Assembly (NCBI RefSeq): GCF_000002075.1
Contig: NW_004797450.1
Span: forward strand, 792,535-856,534
Length of the DNA stretch: 64,000 nt
Source: Aplysia californica
Taxonomy: Eukaryota
Direction of reading: 5' to 3'
The position numbers and the translations under genes were made by a program. This document shows positions 25,621 to 39,138 of this stretch, piece after piece. The notes beneath the pieces were generated by a model that saw only the letters and a program-made list of their open reading frames with translations, had not been told where the DNA came from and did no database searches. Position 1 is the stretch's first letter, and each line of letters opens with the position of its first letter.

Positions 25621-25910
25621 CCTTGTCCCGAACAGAGCCTGTAAAATCTTTCCTGTTTTGAAAGGAATTGAAAGGACAGAACAAAACGTTTTGTTTCCTA
25701 CTATTTTGGAAATTTCACCAAATCAGTATGTTAGGAATATAAAAATTTCTACAACTTTAAAATAATGATTACTCATGTTTCATTAAACGCCCAAAATGTA
25801 CAGTGCAAAATAAATTTTTAAAGTTGTTCTCGGCCTTTTTACATGTCGATCTATAATTTATAGTCTATCTTGTAAACAGGAACTGTGTTTCTAGGGCTAT
25901 GTTCGAAATC
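25600..25910. promoter_or_regulatory. Putative bidirectional promoter ATPAF1/ALG6
   Basis: About 300 bp between divergent first exons. ETS-like CCGGAAAT near 25603. Confidence 0.5.
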
Positions 25911-28900
25911 ATGGCGGCGTCCACGTCTAAACGTTTCGGTTTCAGCAACGAGTTTTTCTCCCAGTTGTTCCTTATATTTCTGGCGTCTCTCACTATTCGG
26001 GTGGGAGTGGCGATGTGGGGTCACTCGGGTAAGCTGCTGTTATCGTTGCTATTCTTTTAAAGAATCACGCTTGCAGTAACAGGGAAATGTCTGTCTCAGT
26101 TTCAGTCACTTCGACTTTTGTTGTTGATGTTGTTAGTGGTTGGTGTGGTACTCTCGTCAAATTTCCATATTTCTTACTTAGTAAACTACCACTCTCAAGA
26201 TTTGACTTGGCTGAATTGTTCTTTACCGGACCACCCGTCTGGGCCCGTGATTACTACGCGCGTCTAGCCTAACTACGGACTCCTAAATCTAGAATCTAGT
26301 TCTCGATGCGGACAAGAGGTAGTTCCGCTGGCGACTTCGCACAAGCCAGCAGCGAGGGGAGGTGTGCGAGATGTGGTGGTTGAGGGTTGATAGGGGATTT
26401 AACTTTGGCGGACCCACCGTGTATCATAACAACAGTGACCCCCTGGCAACAAAAAAAAAAAAAAACACACACAAATGCAAAACAATAACATGAGTGGACC
26501 CTGGTGCTAAGGCTAAGTGGACAATCGAGGTATTAGGGTTGGAACAGGCCGAACCTTGCTTCGCAGCGTTCGCTGAGTCGCGAGCAGGACCGAGGGGGTT
26601 GCAATTATGCAAATGAGCGCTCATGCATCTCTCGCCCTCCTTCATTGTGCTTGGCCGGACCGGGGGGGGGTAGGCCCAGCAGAGTCGCGAGCAAAGAAGA
26701 ATAGTGGACCACATGATTAGATTGACCAGTTAGCGTCAAGGTATCAGGTCGTGGGTCAAAGGGCACTGTGGCACAGTCGTGATGACTGAAAAACCCGGTT
26801 AGAGACGTCAGTCGGTAGTTGGCAGTTGAAGGGTGAGGACGTAGGAAAGTGAGTAGGGGAGCTCTGAAAGGGAAAATAGTGGACCACTAGGCCCCACGGG
26901 CGCCATAATAAAGTAGTTCCAACCGGCGGTTACCGGTGCTCCGGTAAAGTACAATCTTACCTTTGACTTACTTATTTGGGTAGTCCTTAAGTGCAAGTTC
27001 TGCCCTTACTCTGTCATGATGCATCAAGCCCAAGCTATGAGCATTGTTCACTTTCGTCTGTCCTCCGTTAAAAATAAGGCCGGCTCTATTTCTCTGAACG
27101 ATCGGGAAAATAAACTTGAATTCAATTTCTCCGAATGGTTACCGTTCTCGATATTTTTTGGTTATCTGCGAATGGAGTGGCCCACACGCGCATGTATGTG
27201 TGTATAGGCGCTTATAAGGTGTTTTTTTAAATAGTTTTTGCTGTAGAGCTAAAGGTGACTAAATGCAAAATAGATTACTTCCAAAGTCGAGCTGTCTTGT
27301 TTTCTCGCAGTGGATCAACCTTTTGAAGGCATTTTCAAATGAAATATAGTCGGGGAACATTGCCCAACCACAAATGAAGTAGGCCTACTTAAAAAATCTC
27401 TTTCTGAGCTAGAATTTGAATTTGATGCAAAAATTGCTTCTTCCCAGTCCTCGCAGAATGGCACAATGAAAGATGACGTCAAACTCTCGCTTTAAAAAAA
27501 CCCCCAAAAATCTAGAGAACGGAAACCGTTTGGAAAAATAGAGGTCAAGTTTATTTTCCAGAGCATTTGAAGAAATAGTCACTTCGTAAAAATATGGCTG
27601 CGTCTCTTGGGACACGATGTGTCTGTTTAAGTTTGAGGTCTCGTGTATATTCGGACGCGCGTGTCCTTCTACTACAGTATGCGAGTAACATACGTTGTGG
27701 GTCTTTTTCTTTTTGAGAATGGCGTGCTTCTCTTTCTTTTTGGACCAATGCTTCTTTGCAGCTTGCAGAAAATTGCTGTGACCGGGAAATGGTCATTCGG
27801 CATTCAAGGGTGCTGAAAACCAATCTCTACAGGAAATTACCCTAGGGGGGCCAGGGCTGAGGTTCCACAGGATTGTTTTCGTGTCCGAATTGTCACAACG
27901 TAAAAATAAAACGAGATTCTAAAAAAGTGGCATTGTTGTGACTGTTGTTTCATCTCCTCAGTCCTCATCAGGCCTCAGGTGTTTGGATGCAGGTCTAAAA
28001 GTAAAAGTTGGATATGACATGTTTTCTTTGACTATGAATATGATGTTAGCCTAAAATGGAGGAAAAATATAATAGATCTATTTATAGCACATCTGAAAGC
28101 ATCAAAATTTGATGAATTTTCGTTCATAAAGATTAACCACACTTTAACACTTGCCTATGAAACGTGGTTTGACAGAGATGTGAAAATTCTCTTAGAGGCT
28201 CATAGTTCAAGATGTCTAGAGACAATCTTCAGATGAAATTTCAAGCTTAATATGCCCTGGAGGCAGGGTGGTTTCGCTGTCACAAAATGGGCCTTTGGTA
28301 GCTAGATTACTCAATTTCTGTAAATCATTTATATTGCAGTGATCACGTGCATCATTTGTAGGGTGGTGTTTATTATAGGGCCTGTGTTCTACAAAGATAG
28401 AGACATTATTATTGATCTTGCAGTAGAGAGTGGACCAGGATGGAGTCAAAATGAAAAGAGGAAAAACAGCTGAGGATCCATAGCTAATGTAAATTAAAGA
28501 ATCAGTGTCAAAAACCCAAATCTGTGAGACTTTGAACGTAACACGGCATAGGGCACATAATTCATAATATAAAAATTTGGCCCGTTGGACTAACTTTGTT
28601 TACCTTCCTTGAATAGCCTGAATTTTGTATTGTGAAATTAGTTCTTGTACATCGAAAAGATTTCTGTGTTCCACTGATTTTGCTATGTGCATGCTGAACT
28701 GTATTTTAATCTTACTCTTACTACAAGGTGAGAAGACTGCTTTGAAATGATTTATTTGTGTCTTGTAATGTGTTACAAAACCAAAGAACAACAAATAGTT
28801 TTCTTGGGATAGTCTGGATAGACTATCTAGAGATTTTTGAGGACCATTTTTAAATTAAAAAATAATGAGTATTGGAGTAAAAGCACCTCCGAGGTCCTAT

Positions 28901-31900
28901 GCTGAAGGAAATTTGTTATGTTTAGAGAAGAGTAAGGAAAAGAATGACATTTTCGCTCTTAGATGCAACAGGTGCTAAGCTAAACTTTTTTTTGTATGTT
29001 ATATAGCTCACAACAGACTTTGCAATAACCATAGCTAGCACTTGTTGGCTGGCCTCGTACAGTCCTAGTAGGCTCATGCTCAGAGGTCACAGGTTATGAT
29101 CATGGCAATGAAAAACTCATTTAAGAAAAGTTTAGGCGTGTTTGTTCAACATGTCTCCTCAGCCAGTGGCTTTTGTATGTCAGAATGTGTGTGGGTCAGG
29201 GAGTTGTGTGTGTATGTGTATTGTGAAACAGTTTCACAGTGTGCATTTTCTGTCTTTCATTTTGTCAGTTAGGTAGAGCAAATATTATGTATTGTACAGC
29301 ACCGAGAGCCTTCNNNNNNNNNNNNNNNNNNNNNNNNNNNNNNNNNNNNNNNNNNNNNNNNNNNNNNNNNNNNNNNNNNNNNNNNNNNNNNNNNNNNNNN
29401 NNNNNNNNNNNNNNNNNNNNNNNNNNNNNNNNNNNNNNNNNNNNNNNNNNNNNNNNNNNNNNNNNNNNNNNNNNNNNNNNNNNNNNNNNNNNNNNNNNNN
29501 NNNNNNNNNNNNNNNNNNNNNNNNNNNNNNNNNNNNNNNNNNNNNNNNNNNNNNNNNNNNNNNNNNNNNNNNNNNNNNNNNNNNNNNNNNNNNNNNNNNN
29601 NNNNNNNNNNNNNNNNNNNNNNNNNNNNNNNNNNNNNNNNNNNNNNNNNNNNNNNNNNNNNNNNNNNNNNNNNNNNNNNNNNNNNNNNNNNNNNNNNNNN
29701 NNNNNNNNNNNNNNNNNNNNNNNNNNNNNNNNNNNNNNNNNNNNNNNNNNNNNNNNNNNNNNNNNNNNNNNNNNNNNNNNNCAGTTGAGGTAATTTTCTC
29801 TGATGTTTCTTCTTTCTAAATACAGGGGAAGGCAAGCCACCAATGTTTGGGGATTTTGAAGCACAAAGACACTGGATGGAAATAACTGTTAATTTGCCTT
29901 TTAAAGAATGGTTCGTCATTGAATTTTTTAAATTTTAAATCCAATGCCCTTTGTTCATGATTTATAAGCAGTCTAGCTGTATTTTAGTCTAAAAATAAGT
30001 AATTGTACAGCGAGTGGTGTAACATTTTTTGGGAATAAATTTGAACTACCAGACAGTAATGATGATGCTCAATAGTACTTTCCATAGTGCATGGAATGAC
30101 ATTACAAGAGAACAGAGATTTCTGTGGCTGAGATCTAGTGAGACTAGCACATAGAGTGTACAGTTGAACTTGTGTAAGACGGAATCGCAATGGAGCCAGA
30201 AAAAATGTCTTAGACTTAGATCTAGGGGAATTCATTGGTGTGGGGGTGGGGGTCCAAAGGCCCAGCTGGTGGGATCAAGGGTCGCTTGTCCAGTCGGCAA
30301 ACAATCAGAAGTGGTCAAAACTTCACACCTCTCAGTTGCTATACTTTCTGATGATGACATGCATCAGTCTTACCCAATTACCACCACAGTGCTTGCATTT
30401 CCTAGGACCACTGTTAAACCTATTAAAAATAGAAGCATTTGAACATCTCCCTTGCTTCCACCCTTAACCCCACCCATGGGTGTAATGAGCACAGTCAACC
30501 AATGCCACCCCTCACTGCCATGTAACAATGATTCGAGGAACTCTTTTCTCAGCTGGCTGTATGATCGGGGCGGCAGGCATTGGTCAAACTAATTTCACAC
30601 CTGTGGCCTGTGGTTACCAATGAAAGTTTCCATGCTGGAGTCCCACTGAGCACTTTCACTGGCACTCGTGAGATTTCACACCCACACCACCCTGACCATC
30701 TTTGTAGCTCAGGGCTCACATAGATGAGGCAACGTCTACCCTCAAATTGCACCCCAACTCCCCCTTCTTCGCCTGGCAGCATGGGGTTAAGTTTAGAGCT
30801 AGTGGAACCAAAATTGTGAGTTTTGTTCATAATCAGTGCTGAGTTGGCAAAGCATTTTCCTTCTTAAGACAGGTAAAATCCTTGGAAGGGAGTGCATTTT
30901 TCTTTCCGTTTCCGCCTTGGACAGGTTTCCGTTTTATACAGGTAATTAAAGAGGAATATATCAAGGGGGGAGCGGGAAGATTCCATTAAGACAGGTTTCC
31001 GTTATGGCAAGTTCGACTGTAGTTAAATTTAGCTCACCTCATAAACTAAATTATGCTAAGAGTGACAGATACATTTATAATCTTTTCGGAAGTTTTGCTG
31101 AAAGAGCTGTCACAGTTTCTCATACTTTTTCAAATGTGGCCTTTAAGCATGAGAATCTTACTGTCACGATTATTAGCAAAAATACTTTGAAAAATCTCTG
31201 TGTGTGGGTGTGGGGGGGCAAAGTGGGATTTATCTTGTATTGACATTTTTAGATTTATTACGCTTTTTCTTGTTTCAACCAGAATAAAAAATGTATGATC
31301 TGTCTATTCCTTGTAGTTATAGTTATAGAGAAGGATATATATTGCACTTTGGGGAAAGACAATTTGGTGTCAGAGGAGATTTTTTCCCCCACCATTTAAA
31401 AGGATATTTTCAAATGTTGACATATTAGAATTAGAATTTGGTATGTGTTGCATTTGCCTCAAAACTGTTCACATGTTCTCAATCCGCATGTATGTTCAAC
31501 CTCAAAAGTTGAGAGAGTGCTACTGACTAGGGTACCCTGTGCAGTAATCCTTTCTTTGTTAATTTTTCCACTTTATGAGACAAGATTTTTTTCTATTTCC
31601 TAGGTATGTCGACACCCCCAACAATGACTTGCAGTACTGGGGACTTGATTACCCCCCCTTGACAGCCTACCACATGATGCTCAACGGAAAGATGTAAAAT
31701 TTATTTCTCGTTAACATTTTAGTTTTAATTATAATATGCACATTGAGAGCAAATATGTAAAAATAAGATTTTTAAGTGGAAAAATCATTGCAAAACCGGC
31801 ATTCTAACCGAACGGTTAATATCATGAAGTGAACTTTTGATCTATTATTAATGCTTATTATTTTTCTAATACTTTGGTGTACTGTTTTGGCATATTTTTC

Positions 31901-34900
31901 CATGCTTTCAATTATGCAGTTGTGTGTATATTCGTGGCATCGGTGGCCTAGTTGTTAGACTACCGGACTCGCAATCGTGAGGCCATAGACAGCGAAAGAT
32001 CTTGTCAGTATGTGAGTGTTTTAGCGCCTATAAATGGCTGCTTGCTCTGTATGTTTCCCTGGAAGTTTAGGTTGTTTCAGAATGCTCTCAGGTCTGCTGG
32101 GGTAATGGTATAGATTGTGAAGCACATAGAGCTTGCTGTTGAGCTGGGATTTGTGCTATATGAATGCTATCTATTATCATTATTATTCTCCAGAGCACAG
32201 CATGTCAACAGCAGTATTGTGGCATTGCATGAGTCCAGAGGAATAGAAACTCCTCAAGTGAAGTTCTTCATGAGGGCTACAGGTAATTTATTTTGCCTCT
32301 CATTTGACACTTAAACATCTGATGTCTTGAATATGAGTCTTTTTTGCTAATGTTCAATGATAATATGTTCTTATTTTTACATTTTGCAACCTTTTTTAAT
32401 AAGGTTTTGCTCTACATGTATTTTGGACTATGTAGATAAAGGAAATAGAATTAAATTCTGAAAAATATGTTAGACATCTCACAAATAATGAAACCTTTAT
32501 TTCCCTTGAACTCTTCTTCCACAATTTCTTTAAAGTTTAAAAGTGGAGCGCATTTTGTTTTCCTCCATATTGTTTCATCCATTGCTGTGCTTTGTTGTGT
32601 GAGCTATTAAAGAAATCAAAATATTTAAGAAGAGAAATAGTTATTGAATGTTACTGTGTTACTGTTCACAGTCATCGTGATGGACGCTTTGCTTTTTCTG
32701 CCCTCTGCTGCCGCTTTCTTCATGTTGGAAGGAAGTGGGAAAAGAGACGAAGCTAGTATTGTAAGTAATGATTTCCTTTTTGTGTTTGATCAATAATTTC
32801 ATCTTGTGCATTATATACGTTTACTATACCATCCATGAAAATAGACTGCTTAGTGCAGGACTTCACCGTACATTATTTTGAAAAGTGACCTTCGGCGGAG
32901 TCTTATACTGTGGTGTAGAAATGACCACGTAACTCTGAGAATTTCTACCTCACACATGCTTGCCAGTCTGTATTCATTGTTTTAGATTACGCTTTGAATT
33001 GACACATTTATCATTTATCTGTATCAAAATACATAAATGATATATTGACCATCTCTTATTTCCAACTTTAATTGTCATCTCTTACTCTCTCCTGCTTGTG
33101 ATTCATTCAGTTACCTTTTTAATGGCTGGATGCGAGACTCCGACAAATACCATTTTGCAATTTGATTAATGTCAGTCTTGCACTCAGCCATCAATTTGAA
33201 TGCACTCAATACAAAAACCTGCTGATATGCTATGTAACAGGTGTACAAATGGATGATGGGTGCTGTAACTTTAATGAGATGTGCTGCATCAACTTATCTT
33301 CTTTAATGCATTCATAATCTTTTCTACCTGTGGGTGAAATGTGACCATTTCCTGACAGACTCATCATGTGGGTGGCTGGAGAGCGCCATTGGTAGACCCT
33401 ACTTCTTTACTCTCTGCTCTGTTGTTTGTGTCTGTCTGTATTGCTTTTTCTCAGTTCTGAATGCTATTATTGTGTCAATGAGCTTTTTACTGAAACTTAA
33501 AAAAAGAATTATTTGTCATTCACTGTAATTTTTTGTGGATGGTTGAAAGGTGCCACTGGTTGGGCCTACTTCTTTACTCTCCCTCTGTTATTTCTGTCTG
33601 TCTGTCTATATTACCTTCTCCCCGCATGAAATAATCCTAATTGCGTCAATGCACTCCTCTCTACTCAAGCAAACAAAACATCACTGCAATTTAGGACACA
33701 AGTCAGTTTTGTATTTCTCGCCTCGTATGTTTTCTGTTTAAAAATCTTACCACCAAATCCATGGGCCTTAAATTGACAGATCTTTTTTTACCTTACAGCT
33801 CAAACGCATCATGGTCCTCGTTGGCTACCCTGGTCTGGTGTTGGTGGACAGTGGACATTTCCAGTATCCTTTGATGATATTGTAGATGGAAATTTTTTAT
33901 GAATTCCCCTAGGTTGAAATAAATTTTTCAGAGTTGACATATGATTTATAAGTCACTGTTCTATGACATTTTGCAGGTGGTTGGAAGATGCTATTTGTAG
34001 AGATGTCATACTTCTTTTCTTTCCTTTTGTTTCTGTCTGCCTATCTTGCCCCAGCCCCTCACCCTCTCCCGCCACTTAGTTACCATTATAATTGTATTGA
34101 TGTGATCAGGTTTGCCCAATGTCCTGAAATTCCAGAGACTGTCCCAGATTCGGCAATCAGGAATATTGAGAGGACATTGTAGTCCTATCCCATACACAAT
34201 ACCAAAATCAGTCTCACCTGATGAAATTGTGTTTGTAGTTACGTAATTTAGTGTTATTAAGCTATATGTCCCTGATTGGGTTTTGAAAAACTTGTTTGAC
34301 AAGCCTGTGGGCCAGTCTAGTTTTAGTAATAAGAGTTTTTTTTACAGCACTTCCACCACAACTAGGTCATATAAATGCCGAAGATTAGAGGTGTTACAAG
34401 AGAGTAACAAGCTCAAAAAAAAAGGGGAGAGATAAGGATTATGGATGTTTGATAATAGAGAAGGAGCTAATCTTCACTCTTACAAAACAAAACAAACATG
34501 TTTATATTTCCTTGACTCTGTGTCCAGATACAATAGTATAAGTCTGGGTCTTGTGGTCCTGGCCTCTTCTGCCCTGACCCGAGGGTTTGACTTGGTCGGT
34601 GCCTTCCTCTTTTGCCTTTCTCTCAACTACAAACAGATGGAGTTGTACCACGCCTTGCCGTTTTTTGCCTACCTTTTCGGTTCTTGCATCAGACAGACGA
34701 ATCCCTCCAAAGGGTGAGACACTTATCAAGTTCACGTAATTCTTGTTCTTTGCATGCTATTTGAAGTTGATCTCATATTGAGTACACACTTTTAAGGGAT
34801 TTCATTTAATTCAGTCTGGACCAGCCAGATTTTCCTTTATGGAGGAGCAAGAGCAACCATTTTGGCAGAATATAACCAATTCGACTCACAACTGAAAATC

Positions 34901-37900
34901 AAACACGTTTTTAGTCAAATTCAGTAATAAAATAGAACCTATATAGAAGGCTCTCTGCAGTATCTACAAATGATAATCTTTGTCCTGTGCTTGTCTCATG
35001 ATGGTTTTGCGTATTGAAAATTCTGTAAGAAAGTGTTATGGAATTTTGTGTTGTAATAGTATTTGCCATCACAACTCATTCTGTTTTAATTATTAGTGTT
35101 TCTTACTGTTTTAATTGATTTTTAAGAACATTTGGTGGTTTTATTTTTCTTCTTCAATGATTCCATGAGGGTGGTTGGCTATGATGTAGTTTGCTCCTTC
35201 TGTTCTATTGAATGTCCATTATCCATTCCTCTTCTCCTTTTTTTTTCTTTTTTGTTTGTATTTTACTCTCTAGTAAAACCTCAATCTTCAGCACATATCC
35301 ATGCCCTATTTGTGCTGCATGTACCGAAAAACTTTTACTAAGCCTAGACTAAACTGTCACTTTTAATTGATATTTACGAAAGTTTTGTGACTTAATTTCT
35401 CTGTTTCCCGGATTCCATAACGTTATTTATGATGATATTAATGTATTTTTCAGTTTGTTCAAGTTCACAATGCTGGTTCTGGTGGTTGCGATAACGTTCA
35501 TAGCTCTGTGGTCACCGTTCCTGCACAGCGTAGACTCGGCTCTGGCTGTAGTCCATCGGCTGTTCCCCGTGAAGAGGGGACTTTATGAGGTGAGTTTTCT
35601 ACTTTTTAACTCAATTAAGTCGGAACCAAACTCTGCATCACCAAAGCTGATCAAGAATGCCATAACCACATGTGTTTTTGGTCTTTTGGTCTTCTTCTTA
35701 TCGCATTATTGAAGTCTGGTTTCTATCATATACTGGGCCATCCTGCTCAGTTCTTCTGATAGCCCATACAGCTTCTCTTGATGTGTCAATAGGGTTGACC
35801 ATGTTTCCTGTCTCAGGGCCCTGTGTGTCTTGCACTGTTGAAAAATGTGTTCCACAGTTTTGTCCGCTTCTTCACACTGGCATATTGGTGATTGTAGTAG
35901 TTTAAAACATCTGTCTGTCTTATCTGAGTCTTGTGTGTTGTGTTCTTAATCTGAAGATGATTGCTTGTTCTTGGAGGGACAGTTCATGGTTGATATCTGG
36001 TATTGGTGTTGCTTTAAATAGTGTATTCATGAGAGTTTTCATTTATGTGTAATTAATGCTGTTGTCTGGTTGCTTGTACTTTTGGTGGGTGCTCTGGTGT
36101 GGTTTGCTTCTTCTTTCCTATCAAACATCTATCGTCTTTATCTCCCCTTCTTCTTTTTTATGTTTGTTACTCTCTTATAACACCTCTAATCTTCTGGCGC
36201 TCATATGACCTTATGCAGTTGCGAGCGCCGTAAAACCTCTACTAAAACTAAACTTGTATTTTTGGTGAAATGTGGCAGGTCTTGTACTTGACATACTCTT
36301 TATGTACTTTGAGAGTGAATATATGAGATATTTTATTATAGTGTAATAACATTGAGCTCACTGATTTTATTTTCAGGACAAGGTTGCAAATTTTTGGTGT
36401 TCTGTGTCTATTCTGATCAAGTTTAAGGAGATGTTGTCTCAAGCAGCTATGGCCTTTGTTTGGTAAGAGGCTGAATGTTCTGTCAGTTTAGAAAACATCC
36501 ATCTTGGCAAGTATCTCAGCTTTCTCTCAAAAATGTGCTTTCAGTCAATACTAAACTCATAGCCCTATAAAACTCTATTAAAAAGTTGATGAAAAAGTAC
36601 TTTATCTATTAAGATTTTGAACAAAATTGTTGCTCTCTTACTTGAAAAAGTGTGGTTGCAGTCCACATATTTAGTTCTACTTATGGAAAGATTTTTCAGT
36701 AGGAAGAATTACTTGTCTACTTGAGCAATGAAACAACTCATCCATTATAACAGTGCTAGCTGCAACTTCTTTGTTGAATTGCATACGTTTTGGAGGACTC
36801 TATTTTTAGGAGTGATGTATCTTATACATACTCTTTGACCCAGGACAATTCCTTTGGATGCTTTTATAGTTTATACTGTTTTGCCCAGCCATCACCCAGG
36901 GATTTTGAACAGGTTTTTACATTTTATCACGCATTCTGTTTACTTCACAGTTTGGCGACAACTGCTGTGTTTTTACTGCCTTCTTTCTTCCACCTCTTGA
37001 TGAATCCAAACATGAAAAATTTTCACTATGCTTCTGTAAGTAATTTGACTTATCCTGTGCTGTGTTTACTGTACTCTGTTGGGGGCACTCGTGGCCTAAA
37101 GGTTAAGGTGTTCACCTCTCATTCAAAGGTCCCCGATTCGAATACGGGTAGCGACGGAAAAATTTTCTGCTCTATAAAATTGTCTCCTTTCACCTCTTTT
37201 CCTGTTCTCTAACAATGTTCTATCATCTGCTTTCTGCCCCCACCCCCTCACCTCCTTTGTCCCTTCTTCTGGGCTTCTGACTCTTTCTGCAGCCTTTCTA
37301 CTGCTATTCCTTGACTCCCTCTTACTGCTGTCTTCCAGCCACACCCATTATCTTCTGGTAGGAAAGATCTACACCTAGCCTTCTCGGACAAGGGCGAAAA
37401 ATCTCAGAGGTCCCATGTGCAAGTTGCGCCTGTTAAAGATCCCTTGGTGGTCTAAAATCGATTAGAGTAGGCTGCGGCTGCCGCACGAGTGAAATTCAAA
37501 ATTTCCTACCAACTGATAATTTTTAATGTGTCCTGCGCGCTCATATGACCTTATGCAGTTGTGAGCACAGTAAAACATTTACCCCCCCAAAAATGTACTC
37601 TGTGTTGGTGTGTTCTCTTGTGCGATTTGCTCCTTCGTTCCTATCTAACATGTATCATCTGTTTCATCTTTCCTCTTTCTTCTCTTTATATGTTGCTCTC
37701 TAGTAGCCCCACTAACCTTCAGCTCTTATATGACCTATTTTTGCAAGTGTTTTAAAACAGTAAACCTAAACTTTGCTCAGTGGGTGGTTGGCGGGTGCTC
37801 TGGTGTGGTTTGCTCCTTCTTTCCTATCAAACATCTGTCGTCCTTATCTCCCCTCCTTCTTTTTTATGTTTGTTACTCTCTTGTAACACCTCTAATCTTC

Positions 37901-39104
37901 GGCACTTATATGACCTTATTGTGTTTCAAGTGCCGTAAAACTCTTACTAGAACTAGAACAACAAAAAATAATAATACATTACTTTGCTCATACTGTAAGT
38001 TTGTAACATTACTACTTAATACTGTCTGATGTTTGTGGGGTCTCCTAGAGGTTGTGCTGTATTTGGACTTGACTTCTGAAACTGATCTCAGTTAAAAAGA
38101 ATGTGCTTTTCGATTCAATGGCCCTGCGGTTCAAAGGGAAGTGAGTCAAATTTGTCGCTTGATAGCAAAGCTGGGAAGACATTTGCGCAAGAAAAGGCCA
38201 GGATTCTTTTATCTGAAAATTTGGCCATTGGTTGTTTTATCAACTTCAGCCAAACATTTTAGATGATGGATTAGTTCTGTGTAAATTATAGTTTGAATGA
38301 TATAAATTATTAATTGCAAATTTTTAAAAAAGGTTTTAGTTTGTATTCAGAATGTTTTATTATTGTCATACTTTACGAATTGATTCTCTTTAATTATTTT
38401 TTCTTTTGTTATTTCAGATAAATTCATCCTTGATTTTCTTCCTGTTTTCCTTCCATGTTCATGAAAAGACTATTCTTTTGGCCACTATGTAAGTACACTT
38501 CAGAAGTGCAGTTATGCAAATGAAATTTGTGGCGCCTGTGGCCTAGTGGTTAAGTTCTCAGACTCTCAACTTTCAGGTGTAGGGTTCAAATGACACCATT
38601 GTGTCCTTGTGAAAGGCACTTTTTATTCATTTTCCTCATTTCACCCAGTTTGAATTGAGTACCCAGCTGTAGACAACAAAAGATCTTGTCAGTTGTTAGT
38701 GTTTGAGCGTGTGCAATCTGCAGCTTGCACTGTATGCTTCCTGGGAAGCCAAGAATGTTTTTGAGTGTTCTAGGGTCTGCTGGGGTAATAATAACTAAAG
38801 TGGCCAAAGAATACTATAGATCATGGATATGATAATATGCTTATTATTGTTATTATTGAAAGTCCACTTTCTCATGAATTGGGATGTAAGTGGTTAATGC
38901 TATCAAAATCAAAGCAAGTGATGATGAACAATGGGGAAATTTTAACAGGTAACTAAATGCTATGTATTTAGGCCATATTTTATTTTGGTCATTTTGTAAT
39001 GATGAAATCTTATTGTTTTCATGGTCAATTCGCACAGGGTAGAAATGAATTTATCAACATTTTAAGGGACATTGGAACGATATATTTACACTAAATTACA
39101 CACA

Positions 39105-39138
<34 letters not shown>

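Noticed and set aside
26390-27845. GC-richer block in ALG6 intron 1 as a possible TIR element or gene
   Set aside because: Only a weak ~11-bp terminal match, no recognisable ORF and no second copy in the window.
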